This document shows, in pieces, positions 30,123-40,200 of a DNA stretch of 63,296 nt. Position numbers and translations under genes: made by a program. The notes under the pieces were generated by a model that did not search any database, was not told the origin of the DNA, and saw only the letters and a program-made list of their open reading frames with translations. Source of the stretch: a virus (lineage: Duplodnaviria > Caudoviricetes); the IMG/VR virus record IMGVR_UViG_3300044638_006148, positions 1-63,296 of that record, one strand, 5' to 3'. The stretch's first letter is position 1, and the number at the start of each line of letters is the position of its first letter.

Positions 30123-30503
30123 TTAGAATTTTGCTATAATAATAATTGAAGTCATACTTTTGTCACCATTTGGATTGAAATTTGGTTTCATTTCTGTGAA
30201 ATTTTCTCCAGTTGGTTTCAGTGATAGAATTTTATCTAATCTAAAAAGTCTCCATCCTGGTAAAGGTTGTTCTCCTTTGTAGGCTGTGTGAGATGAACCT
30301 TCTTCATCCCACGCTCTCATAACTTTATTTCCTGCTTTACTAGTTCCTAAACACACAGGTTCAATTTCTCTTAATCCTCTACCGCCTGGTTCATCACCAT
30401 CGTAATAGATAACCACTTTCTGTTTGTTTTTAATGGCGTTAACAACGCTATCGACAGAAGCGATTTCACAAATTAAACCTTTAAGTGTCTCTTGTAATTT
30501 CAT
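30123..30503 (-). CDS. Stand-alone WYL-domain protein
   Basis: AI..K..VVIYY...REIEP..LG....RAW....WRLFRLDKI. Confidence 0.75.
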   Translation of the reverse strand: MKLQETLKGLICEIASVDSVVNAIKNKQKVVIYYDGDEPGGRGLREIEPVCLGTSKAGNKVMRAWDEEGSSHTAYKGEQPLPGWRLFRLDKILSLKPTGENFTEMKPNFNPNGDKSMTSIIIIAKF

Positions 30504-30796
30504 TAAAAGTTAGGATAAGTTTTTGATGAATTAAATTTGTTAATTTTTATTTCATTTTTTCGTTCAACAACGTCAGTAATAGTTCCCGCGTTAACATTAT
30601 AAACGTCCAAAAATGATCCTGTACCTCTACCCATAGAATCACCATCAGCGACAGCGTCTTTGTTAACCACAGAGTATTCGTTACCAACTGCGTTAAAATC
30701 ATTTTTAGGTATTAGTTTTGCTCTTTCTACATCACCAATTGCTGTCAATGCATTTGGGATATCTTGAGATAAATCGATTGCGAGTTCGTTTCCCAT
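30503..30796 (-). CDS. Hypothetical protein
   Basis: 97 aa, translationally coupled to the WYL gene. Confidence 0.75.
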   Translation of the reverse strand: MGNELAIDLSQDIPNALTAIGDVERAKLIPKNDFNAVGNEYSVVNKDAVADGDSMGRGTGSFLDVYNVNAGTITDVVERKNEIKINKFNSSKTYPNF

Positions 30797-30798
30797 AA

Positions 30799-31275
30799 TT
30801 ATAATTGTTTCATTATTTCGTTTATTCTTTTAAGACTTTCAGTTACCGCTGCGTCATATTTGTTGAATGTGTTATCGTGTTGTTGTGAGGGTCTCACATT
30901 GGTAAAATCTTTTTTCTCGTGAGGTTTGATAAATTGATTCATCATTCCAGCGTCCATTTTATTTGTTTTGGTCATTTTGGTGTAATCCCTCATTTTCCTT
31001 AACTCATTGTTAACCCAATTTTTCATTTCAACACCACCATTCAAAATGAATGAAGGTTCTTTTTGATTACCTATAAAATTGTCAAAAAAGTTTTTTATTC
31101 TTTTTAGTTGTTTATATTCAATAAAATTTTTATCCTGTAATTCTTGATTACGGTTAAATCCTTCAGTATTCTCATCAGCGTTTTTTACCATGTGGAAACA
31201 TTTTTTCATGTGGTCCCTCATGGTTGATGGAAATTCAATTTCACCTTTGGCCGAATTATATAAATCGTTATTCAC
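30799..31275 (-). CDS. Hypothetical protein
   Basis: 158 aa, ends VTESLKRINEIM. Confidence 0.75.
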   Translation of the reverse strand: MNNDLYNSAKGEIEFPSTMRDHMKKCFHMVKNADENTEGFNRNQELQDKNFIEYKQLKRIKNFFDNFIGNQKEPSFILNGGVEMKNWVNNELRKMRDYTKMTKTNKMDAGMMNQFIKPHEKKDFTNVRPSQQHDNTFNKYDAAVTESLKRINEIMKQL

Positions 31276-32089
31276 CTTGAATTATTTTTATTAAATCTTT
31301 TTTTGAAAACCCGTGTTTCTCGGCTTGTTTCATTAGAGACTGAAGATTTTTTTTCAACACTGGAGATAAATTATCCAAATCTTTTGGTGTATCCTTTTTT
31401 CCCACGTCAGCAGAATTAGAATCTTTCTTTTTTGCTAACATATCTTCAACCACCTTAATTGCCTTCTGTTTCTGAATTTCAGATAAAGTTGCTCTTGTGA
31501 TAAAATTTGCATCGTCAGAATATTCTGATTTTTCATCTTTTTTACACGTCCAATCTTTACCTTGTTGTGATACTCGGTCTTTAGCCTCATCTTTTTCCAT
31601 CCCTAATTCTTTCACAAAATATTTGTAAGTTTCACATCCATCCATATCTTTGGTTTCCTCATAACCAAATGCTCCTGACATATCAATTTCCTTAACTTCA
31701 CTTTCACCGTAGTATGTTCTGTATCCACGAGAAATTGGGTCGTTTGTAATTCTTGATGCTGCAACAGTTTGGTCCATAGTTTTTCTTGGATGTAATCTTG
31801 GGTCCAAAATTGGAATTTTGGAGTTTGACATACTTCCATCAGAATTTACTAATTCCTCTAAATCAGTCTTCAAAGTTTTTGTATCTTTGATTTTTTTCTC
31901 TTTTGCAACTTTTTTCAAATGTTTTTTTACTTTTTCACCTTTTTCTTTTGAGAAGTGAATTACCTCATCTTTTTTACGAGCTTCAGTCAAAGTGTTCTCA
32001 ATAGAGAAATATAAAGAATACTTATCTCCCTTATCTCTCATAAGGAAATAGTATGGTGATGAAAAAAATTCAGTATCTACAGGAATCAT
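31268..32089 (-). CDS. Hypothetical protein
   Basis: 273 aa; first gene of the leftward unit. Confidence 0.75.
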   Translation of the reverse strand: MIPVDTEFFSSPYYFLMRDKGDKYSLYFSIENTLTEARKKDEVIHFSKEKGEKVKKHLKKVAKEKKIKDTKTLKTDLEELVNSDGSMSNSKIPILDPRLHPRKTMDQTVAASRITNDPISRGYRTYYGESEVKEIDMSGAFGYEETKDMDGCETYKYFVKELGMEKDEAKDRVSQQGKDWTCKKDEKSEYSDDANFITRATLSEIQKQKAIKVVEDMLAKKKDSNSADVGKKDTPKDLDNLSPVLKKNLQSLMKQAEKHGFSKKDLIKIIQGE

Positions 32090-32104
32090 AGCGCATTTTT
32101 TATC

Positions 32105-32133
32105 TATAAATACTATGACATAAGGTATTTATC
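32105..32133. promoter_or_regulatory. Divergent pair of GTATTTAT motifs (putative phage promoters)
   Basis: TATAAATAC at 32105-32113 (GTATTTATA on minus) and GTATTTATC at 32125-32133, within the 52-bp strand-switch gap. Confidence 0.6.
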
Positions 32134-32141
32134 ATTAGTTT

Positions 32142-34292
32142 ATGGCATATCAAAATATTAATCAGTATAATTTTAGACGTTGGGGTATTAAACCTGTCAA
32201 TGAAATTACCGATATCTGTTTGGCTTCAGACGAGAAGGACTATGACCAAGAGGTAATTTTTTCACCACTATTAATAGGTGAGGTCGATGGTAATAGAATG
32301 CCATTTAAATTCGATTTCAATAGCACAGGGACAACGATATGCCAATCTGGTTCTTGTACTTTTGATAATGACGTTATAGTTTCTGAGAATTATTGGAACC
32401 CTGATGACATTGACCCTAACTTTTGTCCTAAAGTAACTGACCTTTGTGATGTTGGTTTAACAGGAATTGATAATGGTTTGGTTAAAAAAATGTCGGGGGA
32501 GACAATCCAAATAACGACAGGACTTTACACAAACAATTCTGACAAATATAGTAGATACAAGTACGATAGGAGAATGAAACTTCATCCTATCACAGGATTT
32601 ACTACCACACAAAATCGACTATGGAATGATGATTCTTATAGTTACAATTTAAATTATGCAACTGATGGTAATCCAGTAGGATATTTTGCAAGATTGAATG
32701 GAGGATTTTTCCAAGGATTTTATAAAATACCTGGTTACGATTATCAAGTTTTTCCTCAGAGAGTTCCCTTAGGATGGACTGCCGAATTTTTATTAAGATA
32801 CCGATGGACAGGAGACACAAGTGTTGGACTGAACAATCGATACCCTAATAATAAAGGTACGTTCTTTTATATGGGTTCGAGGGCGGAAAACAAATTCTAT
32901 CATTATGCCGATGGAGAACCTAAACAAGATAGTGGTTACACAAGAGTAACATCAGGATTAACTTGTATGCATACTTGTGGATGTGCGAGTTCGGCAAACA
33001 CAGCATCTACTTGTTTAGAAGTTTATCAAATATCTGGAGGGACTTCAACAAATTGTAATTGTGGTTGTCCTTGTAATTGTACTGTGACTGCTGAGTATCC
33101 TGAAAAAGACCCGTTATATGATGGGGTATCAAATGGACTTTCATTGAGGTTAAGTGGTGATAGTGGAAACCCTCGATTATGTATAAAAACCTACACAATT
33201 ACTGGTGGGTGTGAGACAAGTGGAACGTGTTTGACTGGATTAACTTATACCACAGGAACATCTGTTACAGAGTGGTGTTCAACACGAGGTATTTTTGATG
33301 ATTGTAAAAACACTCCTTATATCAATTTGGAACACTGGGTACAGATTGATGCTGTGTTCCAAAGAAATCAGTGGTTAGATACTTGTGACCTTTATGAGAA
33401 GGGAGGACTGGGTCTTCTTGTTGATACAATTTATACTGCAACACCAGCCAATAATAGTGTTAGTTTAATTGAACCTCCATTAACTCACGAGTTACCTTAT
33501 GATCCAGCAACAACTGAAATCGTAACATTCAACGATAATTGGACAGAAGGGAAAAAATATAGATTAGGTACTCTCAAAATATTCGTCAATGGTAAATTGT
33601 TTATGGTTGGTGAAAACTTTGAAGAGATTATACCAAGATTACTAAATGTTGAACGAGAAAAACAAATTGGAGTTGGATATAACATTTCTATAGGTGGAGG
33701 TACTCAAGGTCTTAAAGATAATCTTACGTTTTCGGGTGGATGTCCTGAATCAATAAGTGGAATCACTTATCAACAAGACCCTGAATGTTTAACTACTCAC
33801 GACTTAGATAATACAATATACTCAGGACTAACCACTCATATTAAGTTGGAAGAATATTTTGGAGGAAGTATGATTGGGGATGTCAGTGCGTTCAGAATGT
33901 ATGTTGAACCATTGAATGCGTCTCAGGTTAAACACAATTTTAAAATATTAAAAAACAGATATACTTTATTAAATCCAGAGTGTCCTGATTGTGCAATTAT
34001 TGTACCTGCGAATGATTTGACATATGAATTGATTCAAGCAACACCAACTCCAACACCAACAAACACTCAAACTCCTACATTAACACCAACTAATACAGTA
34101 ACTCCTACTCAAACTCTAACACCAACAAACACTCGAACTCCTACATTAACACCAACTAATACAATTACTCCGACACCAACAAATACACCAACATTGACAC
34201 AAACGCCAACTCCAACAGAATTAGTTTTCTTAGCTCAAGAAGATTATTTTACGATACAACAAGAAGACGGATTCAACATATTTGTAACATAA
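32142..34292 (+). CDS. Putative virion protein: LamG/concanavalin-like beta domain, Cys-rich insert, C-terminal (TP)n tract
   Basis: WTAEFLL, LKIFVNGKL, IGDVSAFRMY..PL; CNCGCPCNC; TPTPTPTNT repeats; ends FLAQEDYFTIQQEDG. Confidence 0.6.
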   Translation: MAYQNINQYNFRRWGIKPVNEITDICLASDEKDYDQEVIFSPLLIGEVDGNRMPFKFDFNSTGTTICQSGSCTFDNDVIVSENYWNPDDIDPNFCPKVTDLCDVGLTGIDNGLVKKMSGETIQITTGLYTNNSDKYSRYKYDRRMKLHPITGFTTTQNRLWNDDSYSYNLNYATDGNPVGYFARLNGGFFQGFYKIPGYDYQVFPQRVPLGWTAEFLLRYRWTGDTSVGLNNRYPNNKGTFFYMGSRAENKFYHYADGEPKQDSGYTRVTSGLTCMHTCGCASSANTASTCLEVYQISGGTSTNCNCGCPCNCTVTAEYPEKDPLYDGVSNGLSLRLSGDSGNPRLCIKTYTITGGCETSGTCLTGLTYTTGTSVTEWCSTRGIFDDCKNTPYINLEHWVQIDAVFQRNQWLDTCDLYEKGGLGLLVDTIYTATPANNSVSLIEPPLTHELPYDPATTEIVTFNDNWTEGKKYRLGTLKIFVNGKLFMVGENFEEIIPRLLNVEREKQIGVGYNISIGGGTQGLKDNLTFSGGCPESISGITYQQDPECLTTHDLDNTIYSGLTTHIKLEEYFGGSMIGDVSAFRMYVEPLNASQVKHNFKILKNRYTLLNPECPDCAIIVPANDLTYELIQATPTPTPTNTQTPTLTPTNTVTPTQTLTPTNTRTPTLTPTNTITPTPTNTPTLTQTPTPTELVFLAQEDYFTIQQEDGFNIFVT

Positions 34293-34322
34293 AAACAACA
34301 ATATTTATAAAATAAAAACAAA

Positions 34323-35621
34323 ATGCCTAATTTACCTATTTCCCAATTACCATTAGCACTATCAGGACGGCCTGAGTCTTTGATGGCTATCGTCAATTAC
34401 GATGTTAGTCTAAGTGGCACAACTAATAGAATATATTTTTCAGCGTTAACACAACAATTTTCGGGAGCAACTGGCACATCAGGGACTAGTGGAACTTCAG
34501 GAACTTCTGGAACTAGCGGTTCTTCAGGTTCTAGTGGTACTTCTGGAACTAGCGGTCTTACTGGCGATTTATATCGAACAACATCGGCAACACAGCTATT
34601 AATTCAAACAGGAAGTACAGGGACTTTTGTCGTTGGAACTAATTTAGGGTATAGTATTGCCCAAGACGTTATTATAGCGTACGATCTTTCAAACCATATG
34701 ATTGGTATGGTTGTAAGTTATAATTCATCAAATGGGCAAATGGTAGTTAATGTTGAGACTATTATTGGTTCAGGTACTTATGATTCTTGGTTTGTAAACT
34801 TAGAAGGTGCTGCCGGAGGTGATGGGTCTTCAGGTACATCAGGAACTAGCGGAACTTCAGGTACAACAGGAACTAGTGGGACTTCTGGTTCATCAGCAAC
34901 AAGTGGTACATCAGGATCTAGTGGAACATCTGGTACTACAGGAACTTCTGGTACTAGCGGAACTTCTGGAGTTAATGGAACATCCGGTACTAGCGGAACT
35001 TCTGGAACTAGCGGAACTTCAGGAACAAATGGAACTAGTGGGACTTCAGGTATTAATGGGACATCAGGGTTTAGTGGTTCTTCTGGGACATCGGGATCTA
35101 GTGGATCTTCAGGAACTAGCGGAACTTCAGGAACATCTGGTTCTTCAGGAGTTTCTCTACCATTTACATCAGGTGCGTGGGGTTCTTTTATTTCAACACA
35201 AAGTCAATATATTACAAGCACAACTACAGCATATTCAATGAGTGCCGCAACACAAACATCAGGAAATGGTGTCATTGTTTCTGCAGATACAAGATTTGTT
35301 GTTGCAAGTGCGGGAACATATAACCTTCAGTTCTCAGCTCAACTTGAATCTACGGGAGGTGGTAGCGTTCAAACTATGGATATTTGGTTGGCAATTAATG
35401 GTAATAATGTAGACAACTCAAATACACAACTTGCTGGAAATTCTAATAACGGTAGGGCTGTTGCATCATGGAATTTTGTTGAACCACTAAACGCTGGTGA
35501 TTACATGGAATTGAAATTTAGAGTTAGTGATATTAGATTAGGTTTTGCGTATGATCCAGCGGCGATAAACCCAACCAGGCCTGCAATACCATCAGTAATT
35601 GTAACGGTAACTCAAGTATAA
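34323..35621 (+). CDS. Fibre-like protein with (GTS)n tracts and C1q/BclA-like C-terminal domain
   Basis: SGTSGT runs; AGTYNLQFSAQL...DIWL..NG...LNAGDYMEL. Confidence 0.65.
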   Translation: MPNLPISQLPLALSGRPESLMAIVNYDVSLSGTTNRIYFSALTQQFSGATGTSGTSGTSGTSGTSGSSGSSGTSGTSGLTGDLYRTTSATQLLIQTGSTGTFVVGTNLGYSIAQDVIIAYDLSNHMIGMVVSYNSSNGQMVVNVETIIGSGTYDSWFVNLEGAAGGDGSSGTSGTSGTSGTTGTSGTSGSSATSGTSGSSGTSGTTGTSGTSGTSGVNGTSGTSGTSGTSGTSGTNGTSGTSGINGTSGFSGSSGTSGSSGSSGTSGTSGTSGSSGVSLPFTSGAWGSFISTQSQYITSTTTAYSMSAATQTSGNGVIVSADTRFVVASAGTYNLQFSAQLESTGGGSVQTMDIWLAINGNNVDNSNTQLAGNSNNGRAVASWNFVEPLNAGDYMELKFRVSDIRLGFAYDPAAINPTRPAIPSVIVTVTQV

Positions 35622-35622
35622 T

Positions 35623-36186
35623 ATGGCGTGTAACTACTTTCAAATAATAAATTACAATAGTATTGAAGAAGGATACTATAGATATACTGGATGTACAGGT
35701 ACTATAAGTGTTGGGTCAATTCAACCTTTAGATACCCAATTTGTATGTGCCGAACAAGTAGTTCAAGAAAGTTACAGTGGACCGTTGAGTATAACTAATA
35801 TAGGATTATGTCCGAGTACAACACCAACACCTACAATAACTCCGACTGTAACTCCGACGGTAAGTCTATCTGCAACACCTATTACGCAAACTCCAACACC
35901 AACCAATACGGTAACACCTTCAGTTACACCATCACCAATTTATGAAAGAAATTTACGTGCCGGTGGGTGGTATCAGAATGTTTGTCAATCTGTTAATCAA
36001 ATTGCCAATCCTGCAAACGTTAAAGTATTCACCACAATTCCTTTTAACGAACTAGAAGTTGGTGATAGCATATATGGAAATAGAGAATTAACAATTCCGC
36101 CAGTAGGTAATTTCTTCACTTTTTCTGACGGTGCTATATTTGTTCAATTAAGTGGAACTTTGATAATAAATAAAGGTGTATGTTAA
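35623..36186 (+). CDS. Small (TP)n-linker virion-type protein
   Basis: MACNY..YRYTGC N-domain, TPTPT linker, C-terminal domain ending in Cys. Confidence 0.65.
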   Translation: MACNYFQIINYNSIEEGYYRYTGCTGTISVGSIQPLDTQFVCAEQVVQESYSGPLSITNIGLCPSTTPTPTITPTVTPTVSLSATPITQTPTPTNTVTPSVTPSPIYERNLRAGGWYQNVCQSVNQIANPANVKVFTTIPFNELEVGDSIYGNRELTIPPVGNFFTFSDGAIFVQLSGTLIINKGVC

Positions 36187-36216
36187 TGGAATATTCATTA
36201 TAAAGTATATATAGAT

Positions 36217-37251
36217 ATGGCAATTGGAGTTAAAATAATGAGTGTTAATTTGAGTGGTTTTACTACCAATGTTACATATCTGCCTGAATCTGGAGGAACA
36301 ATTGATTTGGGAACACAAGTGTTTCCATTTGATTATTTATCAGATTATTATTGGGGAACTTACAATTGTTACGTACCTACTTATGCCACCGTATATTCCA
36401 TTCAAGTTATTGCTCCTACACCTACTCCAACTGTTACACCAACACTAACACCAGGATTGACTCCAACTGCAACGGAAACGCCAACACAAACGCCAACCAA
36501 TACAGCTACTCCTACAAATACCCAAACTTCTACACCAACAAATACTAGTACACCAGGATTTACTCCTACACAAACTCCAACAAATACTGCAACACCTACA
36601 AATACGAAAACACCTACTTCGACAACCACTCCAACACCAACACCAACAAATCTACCGTTCAGTGCATTTATCTTCCCTGAACCATTGGATTCGGTATCTC
36701 AAGCACAGTTGGGTCAATATATGTTTAATAATGGTTCAAGCTGGTATGGTTTCGGTAACAGTGGTGGTGTTCCAAGTACTGTAGATTATGCAAATAATAT
36801 GTTAATTTATTCGCAATTCTCAGGATGGACTGGAGGAAACGGAAACTTCATTACTAATGTGACATATTTGAATGGATCGATTAGACAATTACCGGGTTCA
36901 GGAGTTGATAGTTTTGGTTGTGTACAAAACCAATATACATTTGGAACGATTGAAGTTAATACAACAGAAATAAATCCAACAATTCAATACAATTATACCA
37001 TTTGGATTCCACTTGCAGGTGTTGGTGGAAGTTTAACAAATATGACGGTTGATATTGGACAGGCAACACCTTGTAGTAATACAGATTTGGATGGTATCAT
37101 TCCAGATCCGACTTTATCCGTACTAAATGTAACGGTACCATCAGGTCGAATATTACCAGCTGGTGTATATAGAGTTCTTTGGAACTTCACAATGCCTCAG
37201 TCGTTCCCATTAACATCTTCGATTTATTTCAAGGGGGAGAGTAAAGAATAA
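36217..37251 (+). CDS. (TP)n mucin-like linker protein
   Basis: About 75-aa Thr/Pro tract between two globular domains. Confidence 0.7.
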   Translation: MAIGVKIMSVNLSGFTTNVTYLPESGGTIDLGTQVFPFDYLSDYYWGTYNCYVPTYATVYSIQVIAPTPTPTVTPTLTPGLTPTATETPTQTPTNTATPTNTQTSTPTNTSTPGFTPTQTPTNTATPTNTKTPTSTTTPTPTPTNLPFSAFIFPEPLDSVSQAQLGQYMFNNGSSWYGFGNSGGVPSTVDYANNMLIYSQFSGWTGGNGNFITNVTYLNGSIRQLPGSGVDSFGCVQNQYTFGTIEVNTTEINPTIQYNYTIWIPLAGVGGSLTNMTVDIGQATPCSNTDLDGIIPDPTLSVLNVTVPSGRILPAGVYRVLWNFTMPQSFPLTSSIYFKGESKE

Positions 37252-37281
37252 AATTTAGGTAATTAATATATATAAGCACGT

Positions 37282-40200
37282 ATGTTTCCGTATAAAAATC
37301 CAACCACAAAATCTCAAAGTTCGTTAACAGTTTCTGTTCCAAGGAATGCCGTTTTCGGTAATACTTTTTCCATTTTGAATATAGGTGGGCACATGGAGGT
37401 ATGGAACTTGGATGATTTAGGACTAATTCTAACTGCTTCAACATATCCAGCACAGATTCAATTATCGGCGAATACCATTCCAATTAATTTTACAAGAGGA
37501 ACTGGAACTGCGTTTTCTCCTGATAGTGTAAGTTTAAATTCAGATAATATTTCTTCAGGTAGGAGAAGACTTGGTATGCAGGTGTTCGTTCAAGAAACTG
37601 GAAATGTTTATCAATACACAATTCCAAATTACGAGATATTATGGAATAATTTATCAGGATTGACTGGAAGTTCTGCGGTAACTCAATCAGGATATTCAAC
37701 AATAGTTAATAATTTATCACAGCCAGGAAGAAATTTTATTGCGGCTTGGACGGGATCTACAATCGAAGGTGTTAATGGTGTAACTACCGAAAACGCAAGA
37801 TGGAGAATATTCAAAGGTACGGATGTCCAAATTACGGGAGGTACATATTTTTCCGCGATTACAACTTTAGATTTATTTAATAGTACTGGCGGAACAATCT
37901 CAATATCGGGATTTAACGGAAGTGTAACAGGTGGAACATATGATTCAGAAACTGAAAGTTTAACGTTAAATAATAGTGACGGAACTGATGTTATAATTAC
38001 GGGAATCACTTCTGGAACAGGTTCCGCGCTATCTGTTGGAGACGGTGTGACAACCGTAAATCCTGTATCAGGTATCACGTTTAGTGGAGCGGTCGTTACT
38101 AATAGTGGTGAAGGTAATATTATTGTAAATATAACAGGGGCAACTGCTGGAACTAGTGGTACTGCTGGAACATCAGGTACGTCTGGAAGTAGTGGTACTG
38201 CTGGAACAACAGGTACGTCTGGAACATCAGGAACAAGTGGAACATCGGGAACAAGCGGTTTAACAGGTTCTTCAGGAACAAGTGGAACATCAGGAAGCAG
38301 TGGCAGTTCTGGTACAAACGGAACATCGGGAACAAGCGGTTTAACAGGTTCTTCAGGAACAAGTGGAACATCGGGGTTAAATGGTTCATCGGGTACAAGT
38401 GGAACATCAGGAAGCAGTGGCAGTTCTGGTACAACGGGAACATCCGGATCGAGTGCAACCTCAGGAACTTCAGGGACAAGTGGAACATCGGGGTTAAATG
38501 GCTCATCGGGTACGAGTGGAACCTCTGGAAATAGTGGTAGTTCTGGCACAACAGGAACATCGGGAAGTTCAGGTTTAAATGGATTATCAAATGCGTTTTT
38601 TAATTATCAAGCAAAAACCACTTTAACTACGGGAGACCCTCTTTCAGGATATTTGATATGGAACGCTACACAGAATATTGCGACACAAATAAACATAAGT
38701 GATACGGATAGTTATGGTGATAATATTGATATATTCCTAACAAATTTAGTATCAGGGACAACTATTACAATACAAGACCAATCAGACCATACAAAATATC
38801 AATCTTGGTTAATTGGATCTGTTGTTGACCAAACAACATATTGGGAAATTCCTGTATCATTAATAACATACACACACGGTTTTGGGGATAATGACCCAAT
38901 TCTTTTTATTATAACAACAACTCCATCAGGAACATCGGGTACTAGCGGACAATCTGGTACATCAGGAACTAGTGGTACAACAGGAACTAGTGGCACATCA
39001 GGAACTTCGGGAAGCAGTGGGACTAGTGGTACTTCAGGAACTAGTGGCACATCAGGAACTTCGGGAAGTAGTGGGACATCTGGTAGTAGTGGAACTACAG
39101 GTACTTCGGGAACATCTGGTAGTAGCGGAACTACAGGTACTTCGGGAAGCAGTGGAACTTTTGGAACTAGTGGTACTTCCGGTACAGACGGATCCTCAGG
39201 AACAAGTGGAACATCTGGCAGTAGTGGCACATCTGGATCGAGCGGTACTAGTGGTTCATCAGGAACTACAGGTACTTCAGGAACTGGTGGAATAGATGGT
39301 TCATCTGGAACAAGTGGTACAACAGGAACAAGTGGTACATCTGGAACAAGTGGTACAACAGGAACTTCGGGGAGCGGTGGAACTAGTGGTACTTCTGGAA
39401 TAGACGGATCCTCAGGAACAAGTGGGACATCTGGTAGTAGTGGCACTGCAGGTACTTCAGGGGTATCTCCTTCAGGTGATCCATTAGTAGAGATTGCCGT
39501 AAGTGGCCCTCAAAACAATGTAAATAAAACTTTTACTTTGGCCAGTACTCCTACAGGACTTACACAACAATTTTTCTTAAATGGGCAACTATTAATAGAA
39601 GGAGATGACTATACCCTTACGGGAGCAACTATTCAATTTGTTAGTAGTAGGCCTGCTCCTGATCCATCAGACAAGCTTATTTTTTATGGAAGTATAGGTT
39701 TGTCAGCTAGCACTTCTGGTACGTCTGGTACAAGTGGTACATCAGGTACAAGCGGAATTGATGGTACTTCAGGAACTAGTGGTGTTGGAGGTACTTCAGG
39801 AACTAGTGGGACTTCCGGTTCGAATGGTTCATCAGGAACTAGCGGAACAAGTGGTACGTCAGGGACTGATGGTTCTTCAGGTACAAGTGGAACTTCAGGA
39901 GGTGATGGGTCTTCGGGTACTAGTGGTACAAGTGGAACTGATGGTTCCTCAGGAACTAGTGGTACAACAGGAACTTCGGGGAGCAGTGGGACTAGTGGAA
40001 CATCAGGAACCGACGGGTCGTCTGGTACAAGTGGAACATCAGGTAGTAGCGGAACTACAGGTACGTCAGGAACAAGTGGAACTTCAGGTAGTTCTGGTAC
40101 ATCAGGTACTAGCGGAACTACAGGTACATCAGGTACTAGCGGTACAGATGGAACTTCAGGTACAACAGGAACTAGTGGAACTTCAGGAGTATCTCCTTCA

